Of a stretch of DNA of 64,000 nucleotides, positions 39,838 through 50,435 are shown piece after piece; position 1 is the first letter of the stretch, and every line of letters begins with the position of its first letter. Location of the stretch: positions 192,001-256,000 of the forward strand of contig OZ244188.1 in NCBI GenBank assembly GCA_965216635.1, in the 5' to 3' direction. Under the pieces are notes generated by a model. It made no database searches. It was not told where the DNA came from and saw nothing but the letters and a program-made list of their open reading frames with translations. The DNA is from a bacterium (GTDB lineage: Bacteria; SAR324; XYD2-FULL-50-16; G965216635). A program made the position numbers and the translations under genes.

Positions 39838-40659
39838 ATGAAATTTCTAATAAAAAAAGCAATAAAAAAAACAGGTTATGCCTTCTTTTTCATTTTATTT
39901 TTTCTGCTGTTTTATTTTTCCGCAACAAATTCTAAGACTTGGGCACAAGAAAACAACAATCAGAATAAAGATTTTTTATTTCGCTATTATGTAAAAATGG
40001 GAGATCAGTTTTATCACCATCACTATTTTCAAACGAACCTTCAACTGGCTTTTGGATATTATAAAAAAGCCTTAGAGTTAGACGATTCGCAAGTAGAGCT
40101 TTATTGGAAAATTTCTCGTGTTTTGTGGGTTGAGCAGGAGAAAACTCTAGCAAACAAGAAAAAAAACCAACTTTTAGAAGAGGCATTGAGATACATAGAA
40201 AAAGGGCTTGCTCTCTATCCACAAAATCTAGATATCCGTCTTTGGAGTGCCATTATTAAGGGAGGTTATGTTCTCAATCAAAATTTTGTGCAGGCTATTT
40301 TGTTTTTAAAAACAGATGTTAAGAGAGATTTGGAATTTGTTTTAAGTCAAAATCCTAAATCCACCCGCGCTCTTTTTGCGCTAGGTAGTTATTACTCGCT
40401 TGTGCCGAAAGTTTTAGGAGGCAATATAGAAAAAGGCATACAGTTTATTCAGGAGGCTATAAAGGTTAATCCTAATTTTCATAGAGCAAGAATTGGTTTG
40501 GCAGAAATTTATTTAAAAAACAAGCAATACGACGAAGCAATTCAGATTTTAGAGCCTACTTTAAAAGCCACAGTATGGGAAGAAAATGGTTATGCTTTAT
40601 CCTATAAACAAAGAGCAGAAAAACTCATCCAACAGGCTCAATTAGAAAAAAGTTTGTAG
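39838..40659 (+). CDS. Exported TPR-repeat protein
   Basis: Signal-like N-terminus; YKKALELD and EAIKVNPN TPR patterns. Confidence 0.8.
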   Translation: MKFLIKKAIKKTGYAFFFILFFLLFYFSATNSKTWAQENNNQNKDFLFRYYVKMGDQFYHHHYFQTNLQLAFGYYKKALELDDSQVELYWKISRVLWVEQEKTLANKKKNQLLEEALRYIEKGLALYPQNLDIRLWSAIIKGGYVLNQNFVQAILFLKTDVKRDLEFVLSQNPKSTRALFALGSYYSLVPKVLGGNIEKGIQFIQEAIKVNPNFHRARIGLAEIYLKNKQYDEAIQILEPTLKATVWEENGYALSYKQRAEKLIQQAQLEKSL

Positions 40660-40670
40660 CTAAAATTTTT

Positions 40671-41966
40671 ATGAAAAAAAAATACAATATTTTTTTGGAT
40701 ACTTTAGGTTGTCGTCTCAATTTTTCAGAAACATTTGTGATTGCAGGCAGTTTTGAAGCATTAGGTCATCGGGTGGTGCAGACTGTTGAAAAAGCGGATC
40801 TTTGTGTTCTTAATAGCTGCACTGTAACAGCCCAAAGTGATGCAAAGTGCAGACAGAAAATTCGCCTTTTTCAAAAAAGAAATCCCCGAGCTTGGCTCGC
40901 TGTGATTGGTTGCTATTCACAAATGGACGCTAAAAAAATCCAAAAAATGGGAGTGGATATTATTTTGGGAAACCAAGAAAAAATGCAATTAGCAAATTAT
41001 TTTGGAATGTTTTTAAAAACCAAATCTCCCATTCTCAATGTGCGGAAAATTTCTAAAAAACCTTTTGTCTTACCAGAGACAAAACGGGTTTCGTTACAAA
41101 CTAGGGCTAGTTTAAAAATTCAAGATGGTTGTGATTTTTGCTGTGCTTTTTGTATTATTCCTTTTGCAAGGGGTAGAGCCAGACCGCGTTTGTTTGCCGA
41201 TATTATAAAAGAGGCTCGCAGTTTAGCAAAACAGGGTTATCAAGAATTGGTTTTAACGGGGGTAAATATTGGCACTTACCAAGAGCAGGGTTTTTGTTTT
41301 ATGGATATTTTAGAAGCATTGGAATCCATTGAGTCTCTGCGAAGGATTAGAATTAGTTCCATAGAACCTACTACTATAGGAACAGAAATTTTTTCTTTAA
41401 TGAAAGACGAGCAAAGCAAGTTAGTGCCTTTTTTGCACTTACCTTTGCAATCAGCTTCTAATAGAGTCTTAAAGGATATGCGAAGAAAATATTCCTTTGA
41501 AGACTACCAAAATTTTATTCAGCAGGCTTATAACGAAGTTCCAGATATTTGCTTGGGAACAGATATTATTGTGGGATTTCCTACAGAAAATGAGGCAGAA
41601 TTTGAAGAGAACTATCAAAACCTACAACAAGCGCCTTTGCACTTTTACCATGTTTTTCCTTTTTCTGCTCGCAAAAAAACAAGAGCCTATAATTTGGTAG
41701 AACATCAATCAGCAGAGATAATCCAAAAAAGAGCTAGTATCGTTCGGAATTTGAGCCAAGAAAAAAGAAAATCTTTTTATCAAACACAGTTAGGAAAAAT
41801 TAAAAAGGTTTTATTTGAGGTATGCAAAGAAGACAATGTTTGGTTTGGGTATACCGATAATTATGTTCGTGTAAAAACACAGGAAAGGAGCATACAAAAA
41901 AACTTTATTGCTTCTGTTAAAATTCAAGCTGTAGATAGTATGCTTGCTGAAGCTATTCTAGTATAG
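40671..41966 (+). CDS. mtaB: tRNA methylthiotransferase MtaB
   Basis: TLGCRLNFSET, NSCTVT, KIQDGCDFCCAFC, RIRISSIEP. Confidence 0.9.
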   Translation: MKKKYNIFLDTLGCRLNFSETFVIAGSFEALGHRVVQTVEKADLCVLNSCTVTAQSDAKCRQKIRLFQKRNPRAWLAVIGCYSQMDAKKIQKMGVDIILGNQEKMQLANYFGMFLKTKSPILNVRKISKKPFVLPETKRVSLQTRASLKIQDGCDFCCAFCIIPFARGRARPRLFADIIKEARSLAKQGYQELVLTGVNIGTYQEQGFCFMDILEALESIESLRRIRISSIEPTTIGTEIFSLMKDEQSKLVPFLHLPLQSASNRVLKDMRRKYSFEDYQNFIQQAYNEVPDICLGTDIIVGFPTENEAEFEENYQNLQQAPLHFYHVFPFSARKKTRAYNLVEHQSAEIIQKRASIVRNLSQEKRKSFYQTQLGKIKKVLFEVCKEDNVWFGYTDNYVRVKTQERSIQKNFIASVKIQAVDSMLAEAILV

Positions 41967-42119
41967 ACTTTTGCATTTGCATTCTGTTTAGCCTATGCAG
42001 CGTTGAAAATTTTTTTTAACTCTTGAAATACTTCAGTATTCCAGCGAGCTAAAAAAAATTTTCGCACCTGTTCTAACCATTTGGCTAGCCGTCACATAAC
42101 GCAAATTCAAAGGTCTATA
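41962..42119. mobile_element. MITE-like repeat, core copy; terminus overlaps the mtaB TAG; a partial second copy follows to about 42170
   Basis: tatagacttttgcatttgc ... aacgcaaattcaaaggtctata. Confidence 0.8.
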
Positions 42120-42173
42120 ATAGACTGTCGTATTTGCATTCTGTTTAGCCAATGCAGTGTTAAAAAAAATTTA

Positions 42174-43271
42174 ATGTCCGTAAAATACAGTTCCCAAAAA
42201 AATTTCAATCATTTAGAGCTACAAAAAATAGGGATTTTACTGGTTAATTTAGGCACTCCTGATGCACCAACAACAAAATCTCTTAAGAAATACTTAAAGC
42301 AATTTTTGAGCGATCCGAGGGTGATAGAGCTACCTAAATACATTTGGTTTTTTATTTTAAATTTTATTGTTTTGCCTTTTCGTGCTCCAAAATCATCCAA
42401 AAAATACCGTACTATTTGGGGGAAAAAAGGCTCTCCGCTATTAGTTCAATCTCAAAACCTTACTTTCAAACTACAAAAAAAACTTCCTTCTTCTATGATT
42501 TGTGCGTTGGCGATGAGTTACGGCAAACCATCTATCTGCGATGCCCTAGAAAATTTGAGAGAGCAAAATTGTAAAAAATTGCTTGTTTTACCTATGTATC
42601 CGCAATATTCTGCAACGACTGTAGCTTCTGTTTTTGACGAAGTTTGCACACAACTGAAAAAATGGCGATGGATTCCAGAATTAAGATTTGTCAATCAGTA
42701 CCACGACGAAGAAGCCTATATTAGGGCACTTGCTGCAAGTCTTCTTCCCTTTAAAAAAATAGCAAAAAACCAAAAAATTGTTTTTTCTTATCACGGAACG
42801 CCTTTACAATCATTATTAGATGGCGATCCCTACCACTGTCAATGCCATAAAACTTCTCGTTTAATAGCGGAAAAATTAAAACTAAAAAAAGAAAATTATC
42901 TAACCTGTTTTCAATCTAGGTTTGGCTCAAGTGCTTGGTTGCAACCCTATACCGACGAAACCTTGAAAAGCCTACCTCAAAAAAAAATCAACGAAGTTTT
43001 TATAATATGCCCCGGTTTTTCCATAGATTGTTTGGAGACTTTGGAGGAAATCAATTCAGAAAATAGAGAAATATTCTTAAAAAATGGCGGGAAAAAATTC
43101 ACTTATATTTCTTGTTTGAACGATTCAAAACACCAGCTAAAACTTTTTCAAACTTTAGTAGACATACATACTCAAAACTGGGCGAAACAAGAGAAAAAAA
43201 CAAGAGAAAAACAAAACCATCTTTATCAACAATTATTTGAAAAACACAGCTTTTTCTCCACAAACCGATAG
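42174..43271 (+). CDS. hemH: Ferrochelatase
   Basis: LLVNLGTP, PMYPQYS, FQSRFG, WLQPYT, DCLETLEEI; start corrected to exclude repeat-derived codons. Confidence 0.93.
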   Translation: MSVKYSSQKNFNHLELQKIGILLVNLGTPDAPTTKSLKKYLKQFLSDPRVIELPKYIWFFILNFIVLPFRAPKSSKKYRTIWGKKGSPLLVQSQNLTFKLQKKLPSSMICALAMSYGKPSICDALENLREQNCKKLLVLPMYPQYSATTVASVFDEVCTQLKKWRWIPELRFVNQYHDEEAYIRALAASLLPFKKIAKNQKIVFSYHGTPLQSLLDGDPYHCQCHKTSRLIAEKLKLKKENYLTCFQSRFGSSAWLQPYTDETLKSLPQKKINEVFIICPGFSIDCLETLEEINSENREIFLKNGGKKFTYISCLNDSKHQLKLFQTLVDIHTQNWAKQEKKTREKQNHLYQQLFEKHSFFSTNR

Positions 43272-43285
43272 CCCAACTGGATAAT

Positions 43286-43322
43286 GAGACCTTTGAATTA
43301 GAATGCTAATTCAAAAGTCTAT
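43286..43322. repeat. Minimal MITE-like element (two ends joined directly)
   Basis: gagacctttgaattag aatg ctaattcaaaagtct. Confidence 0.7.
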
Positions 43323-43436
43323 ATAAAAAAGGAGCAGAAAAAATAAAAAAAACTGCCAATAGCCACTAAGTACTATTGACAAGAAGGTGTTTTTCTGTAA
43401 TTATTCTTTATAAAGGATAAGCAGAAAAAATAAAAA

Positions 43437-43576
43437 ACTTTTGAATTAGCGTTCTGTTTAGCCTATGCAGCGTTAAAAAAAAATTTTAACTCTTGAAATA
43501 TTACATATATTCCTGCGAGCTAAAATTTTTTTTTGCCTTGCCTAGCCGTCACATAACGCAAATTCAAAGGTCTATA
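43437..43576. mobile_element. MITE-like repeat, core copy
   Basis: Closely similar to 56143..56285. Confidence 0.8.
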
Positions 43577-43663
43577 AAAAACTGCCAACAACCAATAGTT
43601 TGCTATTATTGTTTTTTTCTGCTAATTTTTATTTTAATACTAACATTTTCATTACAAATAATT

Positions 43664-45061
43664 ATGAAAAACATAAATTCCCAAGTTTTAAGGAAAACTT
43701 CAGCTGTTCGTTTTACTCTGGTTCGTTTCGTTTTGGCAGCTATTCTTATTCCCGCTATTCTTATAGGAAGTGCCTTTACTTTTGGAGGCAGTAATCTGCA
43801 AGCCCAAGCGAATGGTGGCAGCAAGCAGGGATTTTTCGCTGGTTTTGTCTATTTGAGTGGTTTTAAAGTGGATAGCACAAAAAAGGTCACCACAAATATC
43901 ACAACCACTGCAAACGCTATAACAGGCTATAGAATCACTGGCTCTTCAGACGCAACTTCTATAGTCGCCAACGTAGATGCCGTTTTTAATACTCAGATTA
44001 ATGGTATTATTCATTATAACGGAGTAAAAGCTCTTTTGAAAGAGAGTTGTGAAACAGGAGTCACATCGGTTACAGCGTATGGTAGAACTTATAGTTATGG
44101 CAGCATTGATCTGGATTCTTTTGATGCAGGCACAAGTAAAGGTGAAGGAACTAGTGTGACCACCACAAGTGATGGATCTGGCACGATAGTGCACAGTAAT
44201 CAGAATCTATTTCCTACGGGAACAAGAAATGATGGAGATGACACTAATTATTGTTTCACTTACTTTTTCGGTGATCTTTCCTCCGATAGAACCTCTATTA
44301 CTCTTTCTGCTTATAAGGGGGTATCTGACGATTCAGAACCAACTACAACTGCTGTAATTGTGGATCCAACAGCAATCACTAGTAGTAGCAAGAGCGATAA
44401 AATCTCAGGTATTGGTCTGCAATTCGGCTTTAGGTGGGAAAAATGGAGAGCCTCCTTGACTCACTTTACTGGCAAGGGGGGAGATAACGAGCTCGCCAAT
44501 ACGCTAGTTATGGCGGATTATTTTGTAAACGAGGGTCTTTTTGTAGGAGGCGGTCTAGCGAGTATGAAGCTTACCAATGGCTCCGCCAGCGGCTCCGCCA
44601 CAAGTCCAGCGCTTAGAGTCGGCTATAAGCAGAAATTAACCCCCAACCTATCGCTTAATTTTGGCTTGACTAAGTATATCTCGGGAGTTTCTCTAAAAAA
44701 CAGTGTTACTACTAATAATACTACTACTGCTAATGCTAATGCTAATACTACTCCCATTGTGTTACGCTCTTTTGAAGAAACACAGACTCCTGACCGCGGC
44801 GATTCAGCAGTGGTTGGTGTTTCCAACATACGATTTGGTACCAGTCAAACTATTACCGCAAGATATTTTGTTGTACCTAGTACTCAAATGTTTGATAGTG
44901 ATCGTAGAACACCAGTGACTCAAGTCCGCAGCAGAACTGTATATATAAACGAAATCCAGACTCCAGCAGGATCAGAAACTCAGACAACCACAACTACAGA
45001 AACCGATGCCGAACTCAAAGCACCACTCGTCATCAGCATCTCCTTCCACTTGAGTTTTTAA
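43664..45061 (+). CDS. Exported outer-membrane beta-barrel-like protein with two large inserts; paralog of 1088..2344
   Basis: NLQAQ...KQGFFAG, EKWRASLTHFTGKGG, GGGLASMKLTNGS, terminal Phe; start corrected to 43664. Confidence 0.72.
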   Translation: MKNINSQVLRKTSAVRFTLVRFVLAAILIPAILIGSAFTFGGSNLQAQANGGSKQGFFAGFVYLSGFKVDSTKKVTTNITTTANAITGYRITGSSDATSIVANVDAVFNTQINGIIHYNGVKALLKESCETGVTSVTAYGRTYSYGSIDLDSFDAGTSKGEGTSVTTTSDGSGTIVHSNQNLFPTGTRNDGDDTNYCFTYFFGDLSSDRTSITLSAYKGVSDDSEPTTTAVIVDPTAITSSSKSDKISGIGLQFGFRWEKWRASLTHFTGKGGDNELANTLVMADYFVNEGLFVGGGLASMKLTNGSASGSATSPALRVGYKQKLTPNLSLNFGLTKYISGVSLKNSVTTNNTTTANANANTTPIVLRSFEETQTPDRGDSAVVGVSNIRFGTSQTITARYFVVPSTQMFDSDRRTPVTQVRSRTVYINEIQTPAGSETQTTTTTETDAELKAPLVISISFHLSF

Positions 45062-45148
45062 TGGGAGCAGGGTACTATAAAATTTGCGTTATGTGCTCTA
45101 GGCAAAAAGTCTGTTTTATAAGAGCTACTTTTATTAACTTTTATTAAT

Positions 45149-45781
45149 ATGTATCAAAAAAAAGTTTATTTTTTAATTCTTTTGGTTGGGTTTTTCAGCA
45201 CTTCTTTAGTTTTTAGCTGGGATAAGGAGTTTTTTGAAAATATTGAGCAACCTATTGCATTTCCTCATAAACTGCATACCGTCAACAATGGTATAAGCTG
45301 TGAGTATTGCCATTCTTCGGCTCGTAATTCTATAAATGCGGGAATTCCTCCCGTGAGAACCTGTATCGGCTGTCATGCTTTAGTAAAAGGTCGTAGCGAA
45401 GAACAGAAAAAAGAAATCCAAAAAATCACGGATTATTGGCAGAAAAAAGAGCCTATTCCTTGGAAAAAAATACACGATTTACCAGATTTTGTTTATTTTT
45501 CGCATAAAAGACATATCAAAGCAGGTTTTGATTGCACGAATTGCCACGGAGATGTATCGGAAACCAAGACTCCTGTTCCCAAACCTCTTTATGGGAAGAC
45601 TCCTTTGAGTATGGGTTGGTGTATTAGCTGTCATCTTGACGATCATCCAGTGGATAAAAATGGCAAAATAATCACTCTTCCTCGTTTGACGCGTGGGGGA
45701 ATAAGGCAGTATGATAAGCCGACTCCAAAAGCGGTTGGTGTAAAAAATGGGAGTTTGGATTGTTTAGTTTGCCACAAATGA
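45149..45781 (+). CDS. actA: Alternative complex III pentaheme cytochrome c
   Basis: Five CxxCH motifs; LPDFVYFSHKRH. Confidence 0.85.
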   Translation: MYQKKVYFLILLVGFFSTSLVFSWDKEFFENIEQPIAFPHKLHTVNNGISCEYCHSSARNSINAGIPPVRTCIGCHALVKGRSEEQKKEIQKITDYWQKKEPIPWKKIHDLPDFVYFSHKRHIKAGFDCTNCHGDVSETKTPVPKPLYGKTPLSMGWCISCHLDDHPVDKNGKIITLPRLTRGGIRQYDKPTPKAVGVKNGSLDCLVCHK

Positions 45782-45841
45782 GAATCTTTGAATTAGATAT
45801 TAAACTTTGCATAACGCTAAAGATTTTAATAAAATAGAAAA

Positions 45842-47218
45842 ATGAAATATTTAAGTTTTTCATTAGAAAATTATAAAGGGATTAAAAAATTTTCAATTAA
45901 TGTGGATCCAAACCAACCTATCTCGCTGGTAGGATTGAACGAGAGCGGTAAAACTACTATTTTAGAAGGTATAGACCATATAGGAAAACATTGTAAGCAA
46001 TTATCAACAAATAAGTTTCGGCAATTACTGAATAATGGAGAATTGGCAAAAGTAAGACCAAAAAAATTACCAGGTGTTTTTTTTAGTGATGAGATTAAAT
46101 TTGCGTGTAAAGTTGTATGTGAAGAAAAAGTTTGCGAAATATCTTTTATCTATACTTTAGAAAAAGATAAAACCGCAGGCTACAAAGTGTTTTTTGATAA
46201 AGAGGAATTGAATTTTAAAGATGCTGATGTATTGGAAAAAATAAATAAATTTAGCGAAGAAATGCCAGAAATTATTTATTATTCTGATTTTACTCTTGAA
46301 GTTCCTCAAGAAATATTTTTTCATACAAATACTTATAAAAAAAAACAAACTCCAGGTATGTTGGCAAGTTTAGAAAGAGAAAATAAGAAATCCAATAACC
46401 CAGAATGGCAAAAAATTTTACAGGATATAACGGATTCTCTATATTCTGAGGACGAAAAAGTGCTTTTTCAAGATGATATTGTAGATTATTTGGACGGTGA
46501 CAATACTGGGGATGAAAATAGTTTTAGGGATAAGTTAACAGGTTTTAGCAGACATATAAACCAAAAAATCACCAAAAAATGGTTGCAAAGCCTACCAAAA
46601 AAATCTTCTTTAAAAGAAATTGAATTTGTTTGTAATACAATGGAAAAAAATGCAAACACAAGAGAGTTTGCTTTTAAAGTTATCTCTAATGATGACGCTA
46701 CATTTGATTTATCGGACAGATCTAAAGGCTGTAGGTGGTTTTTTGCTTTTATGTTATTTACAGAGTTTAGAAAATATAGAAAACAAAATACAATTTTTTT
46801 ATTAGATGAGCCTGCTTCTAATTTACACTCTTATGTTCAAGAAAAAGTTATCCACGCTATTAATGAATTATGCGACGAAAAGACAGGCTCTATTGTTTTA
46901 TATTCTACCCACTCTCCTTATTTACTAGATATAGAAAACGTAGAAACTATGTATCTTGTAGAAAATATCAATGCCTCTTCTGAGGTTAGGGAAGCAAGAA
47001 TAGAAGTCAATTTATACACAGAAAACACTCGGGCAAGCAAGAAAGGAGAAGCGAAACCTATCTCTGATTATTTTCAGTTAAACTTGCAAAAAGTAATGAA
47101 ATATTTTGAAAAAAAAAATACTCCTAAAAAAATCGGAGCTATTGGTAAAAAATTTTTAGAAAATACAAGAAATATTAAAAATATAGCAGATGTGATTGAG
47201 TTTTCTAAGAATTTGTAA
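45842..47218 (+). CDS. ABC/AAA-type ATPase (OLD/AbiEii-like) inserted in the act operon
   Basis: GLNESGKTTIL, RSKG, LLDEPASNLH, STHSPY. Confidence 0.8.
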   Translation: MKYLSFSLENYKGIKKFSINVDPNQPISLVGLNESGKTTILEGIDHIGKHCKQLSTNKFRQLLNNGELAKVRPKKLPGVFFSDEIKFACKVVCEEKVCEISFIYTLEKDKTAGYKVFFDKEELNFKDADVLEKINKFSEEMPEIIYYSDFTLEVPQEIFFHTNTYKKKQTPGMLASLERENKKSNNPEWQKILQDITDSLYSEDEKVLFQDDIVDYLDGDNTGDENSFRDKLTGFSRHINQKITKKWLQSLPKKSSLKEIEFVCNTMEKNANTREFAFKVISNDDATFDLSDRSKGCRWFFAFMLFTEFRKYRKQNTIFLLDEPASNLHSYVQEKVIHAINELCDEKTGSIVLYSTHSPYLLDIENVETMYLVENINASSEVREARIEVNLYTENTRASKKGEAKPISDYFQLNLQKVMKYFEKKNTPKKIGAIGKKFLENTRNIKNIADVIEFSKNL

Positions 47219-47249
47219 TTTTTTGTTTATGATTTAAATATTAAAAAAA

Positions 47250-50200
47250 ATGTCCCATAATAATATTAAAAACAACAAAATAAAAAGAAGAGATTTTTTC
47301 AAAATAGCTGCGACCAGTGGCGCTGCTGTAGCTGTAGCCAGCTGTAATAATGACCCTGTAGAAAAAATACTCCCTTCTTTATTGCCTCCAGACAATTACC
47401 AAACTGGTGTAGCTTTACATTTTGCTTCTGTATGCCAAGAATGTCCTTCTCAGTGCGGCATAGTAGTCAAAACTCGCGAAGGTAGGGCTATTAAAATTGA
47501 AGGCAACCCTAATCACCCTCTCAATCAAGGCAAACTTTGTGCTATAGGACAATCTGCTTTGCAAGGTTTATACAGTCCTAATCGCATTAAAAAAGCGACC
47601 CAAAAAGGCAAACAGCTAGATTTAGCAACAGCCAAAAACGAATTTTATGGCAAAATAAAACGTCTAGTCGCAGAAAACAGAGGCAAAGAAATTCTGTTTA
47701 TTAGCCCCGCTGGAGATAGCAGTCTGCAAAGAATGACTACTAAAATTATTTCCCGTCTTGGAGCCTCCCAAATTCAGTTGGACTTGAGTTCTGCTAATTC
47801 CATCAAAAACGCAAACAAAATTTTGTACGGGAAAAACGAAGTTCCAGATTACCAATTTTCAAAAGCAAACTTTTTACTCAATTTTGGAGCAGATTTTTTG
47901 GAAGGCTGGCTTAATGTGATGAAAAATTCTAGAGAATTTGCCGAATTTCATTCTTACAAAAGAAAAAACAAAAACGAGTATGTGCATATTTCACCTCATC
48001 TTTCTACGACTGGTGTACAAGCAGACGATTGGATAAACTGCCCTTCCAAAGCAGAAGAAGCGATTGCACTCGCTTTGGTAGCCCGTCTGGCAGCTAGCAA
48101 TTCTTCTCTTTCTGCAGCGGAAAAAAGGATTATCCGTAGCTATACTAAAAACCACAACATTGCCGCTGTGGCGAAAAAATACCAGCTAGATGCAAAAAAA
48201 TTAGAGCAGATTGCCAAAAAACTAGCTACTAAAAGTAGCCTGATTATTGGAGGCGGTAATGCTACTTCCAACGGAGAGCAAACAAAACTGCAAATAGCGA
48301 TTGCTCTTTTGAACTATCTTACTGGAAATACAAATCTAAACTTTGGAGCAGATTATAAATTTGGAGGCAGTAGCTTTGCAGAAATCAAGAAGGCTGTTCA
48401 AAAAATAAAAAATAAAAAATATAGCCTAGTCGTAATTTTAGAGTTAAACCCTGCTTATATTTTTTCTATTTTCTCCGAATGGTCGGATAAAAAAGAAATT
48501 CAAGGAAAAGTTCCCATAGTGAGTTTGTCTCTGTCTCATAGCGAGACCACCGAGCAAGCGGATTTAGTAATTCCCATCACTTCCAGTTTTGAAAATTGGG
48601 GAGATAGTTTTGCTGCCAATGGAATTTACGCTTTGCAGCAACCAGTAATGGCAAAGTTGCCGGGTTTTGAAGCAGAGCCTTTGGGAGATATTTTGCTTGG
48701 TTTGACAAAAGAATTAGGCTGGAGCGGAGATAATTTTGAAGCTGCTGATTTTAAAAATTATTTAAGAAGTCAATGGAGAGGGCTACAAACCCAACTGAAA
48801 TATGTAGGCACTTTTGAAATGTTTTGGATAGCTGCTTTGAAAAAAGGAGGGATTTTTCAAAATTATACTCCACAAAGAGCGAGTTTAAAAACCAATGCTT
48901 TGGCACAGCTTAACGCTAGCGAAACAAAAACAGCTAAAGGCATTTCTTTAATGGTCCTAAATTCTAATTTGCATTCTAACGACGGCAGAACGGGGGATAG
49001 ATACTGGCTTTTAGAAATTCCCCATCCTTTAACGCAGGTCGTTTGGGATTCTTGGCTAGAAATTAACCCCGATAAAGCACAAGAATTAGGTATTCAACAT
49101 TTAGACGAAGTGGAAGTTACTACTTCTGCGGGCAGTGTCAAATTAGCTGCCTATATTTATGATTTTATAGATAAAAATACAGTTGCCATTCCAGCGGGCA
49201 TGGGTAGAAGTTTGAAATTTCCTAACTATTCTTCCAGAAGAAACAGTATTTTACCATTCAAAGGTGGGCATAAAAGGACAAACCTTGTAGAAAAAAAGGT
49301 AGGCTTGAATCCTTTTGAATTGATTCCTTTTGCGACTGATGATTCTGGAGAGCTGATTTTTTCTGCAGAAAATATTAGTCTTAAAAAGACTGGAAAAAAA
49401 TCTTTTTTGGTCAGCAGCGATGGGCAGTATAAAGACGATTCCAAAGCTCTTATTGCTGATACACCTACTGGTTACGGAGATAGAAGCCAAAAAGGAAGGC
49501 ATTTGATTAGGTCAGTTTCTTTGAAGGAATTGAATTCTGGCAAAATCCACAAAGAAGGACACCAACTCAAAGATAGATTTTATACTACCGATAGACAAAA
49601 CACCCACGATTTTTATAAGGAAAAAAGGGACGGTTTAGATAATCATATTTTTGGAATAAAGGGAAGTAAAACAGGAAAATACTACGACCCCTACAAGTTT
49701 GAAATGAGTATAGATTTAGATAAATGCACGGGTTGTTCTGCTTGTGTGGTTGCCTGCTACGCCGAAAATAATATTGCAGTGGTCGGTAAAGAAAGACAGG
49801 CTATCGGCAGGGAAATGTCTTGGCTTAGAATAGAAAGATACTTAGACAAAGATAAAAAAACCGGAAAAATCCAAGCGCTTTTATCGCCGCAGATGTGTCA
49901 ACAGTGCGGCAACGCAGGTTGCGAAGCAGTCTGCCCCGTTTATGCAACTTACCACAACCCTGATGGACTCAACGCACAGATTTACAACCGTTGCGTTGGC
50001 ACTAGATATTGTGCCAATAACTGCGTTTATAAACAAAGAAGATTTAACTGGAGAAGCTATAGTTTTCCATCTCCTTTGCATTACCAACTTAACCCCGATG
50101 TTACTGTTCGCGACAAAGGAGTAATGGAAAAATGCACCTTTTGTGTGCAAAGAATTGTAGCTGCAAAAGATAAGGCTAAGGACGATAACCGAATTGTTTT

Positions 50201-50384
50201 TGACGGAGAAATCAAAACAGCGTGTCAGCAAACCTGTCCGACAGAGGCAATTGTTTTTGGCAATGCGATGGATAAAAAATCTTTGCTTACAAAAACAAAA
50301 AAAGATATTCGCGGCTATCACCAACTAGAAGAATTGAATTTTCAACCTGGGGTTACCTATCTCAGTAAAATAAAAAGAGGGTAA
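47250..50384 (+). CDS. actB: Alternative complex III subunit B (molybdopterin-oxidoreductase-like + Fe-S)
   Basis: Tat RRDFFK, REGRAIKIEGNPNHP, CTGCSACVVAC, CVGTRYCANNC, MEKCTFC. Confidence 0.9.
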   Translation: MSHNNIKNNKIKRRDFFKIAATSGAAVAVASCNNDPVEKILPSLLPPDNYQTGVALHFASVCQECPSQCGIVVKTREGRAIKIEGNPNHPLNQGKLCAIGQSALQGLYSPNRIKKATQKGKQLDLATAKNEFYGKIKRLVAENRGKEILFISPAGDSSLQRMTTKIISRLGASQIQLDLSSANSIKNANKILYGKNEVPDYQFSKANFLLNFGADFLEGWLNVMKNSREFAEFHSYKRKNKNEYVHISPHLSTTGVQADDWINCPSKAEEAIALALVARLAASNSSLSAAEKRIIRSYTKNHNIAAVAKKYQLDAKKLEQIAKKLATKSSLIIGGGNATSNGEQTKLQIAIALLNYLTGNTNLNFGADYKFGGSSFAEIKKAVQKIKNKKYSLVVILELNPAYIFSIFSEWSDKKEIQGKVPIVSLSLSHSETTEQADLVIPITSSFENWGDSFAANGIYALQQPVMAKLPGFEAEPLGDILLGLTKELGWSGDNFEAADFKNYLRSQWRGLQTQLKYVGTFEMFWIAALKKGGIFQNYTPQRASLKTNALAQLNASETKTAKGISLMVLNSNLHSNDGRTGDRYWLLEIPHPLTQVVWDSWLEINPDKAQELGIQHLDEVEVTTSAGSVKLAAYIYDFIDKNTVAIPAGMGRSLKFPNYSSRRNSILPFKGGHKRTNLVEKKVGLNPFELIPFATDDSGELIFSAENISLKKTGKKSFLVSSDGQYKDDSKALIADTPTGYGDRSQKGRHLIRSVSLKELNSGKIHKEGHQLKDRFYTTDRQNTHDFYKEKRDGLDNHIFGIKGSKTGKYYDPYKFEMSIDLDKCTGCSACVVACYAENNIAVVGKERQAIGREMSWLRIERYLDKDKKTGKIQALLSPQMCQQCGNAGCEAVCPVYATYHNPDGLNAQIYNRCVGTRYCANNCVYKQRRFNWRSYSFPSPLHYQLNPDVTVRDKGVMEKCTFCVQRIVAAKDKAKDDNRIVFDGEIKTACQQTCPTEAIVFGNAMDKKSLLTKTKKDIRGYHQLEELNFQPGVTYLSKIKRG

Positions 50385-50435
50385 ACATCAAATTTTGCCT
50401 ATGCTTTGTCTAACGCCTAATTTAAAAATAAAAAA

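Noticed and set aside
42081..42173. N-terminal extension of hemH in the ORF track
   Set aside because: It is translated MITE sequence (SRHITQIQRSI also appears in the 43493 ORF); the likely start is 42174
43493..43663. N-terminal extension of the OMP paralog
   Set aside because: Repeat-derived and promoter sequence; ATG 43664 matches the paralog's signal-peptide layout
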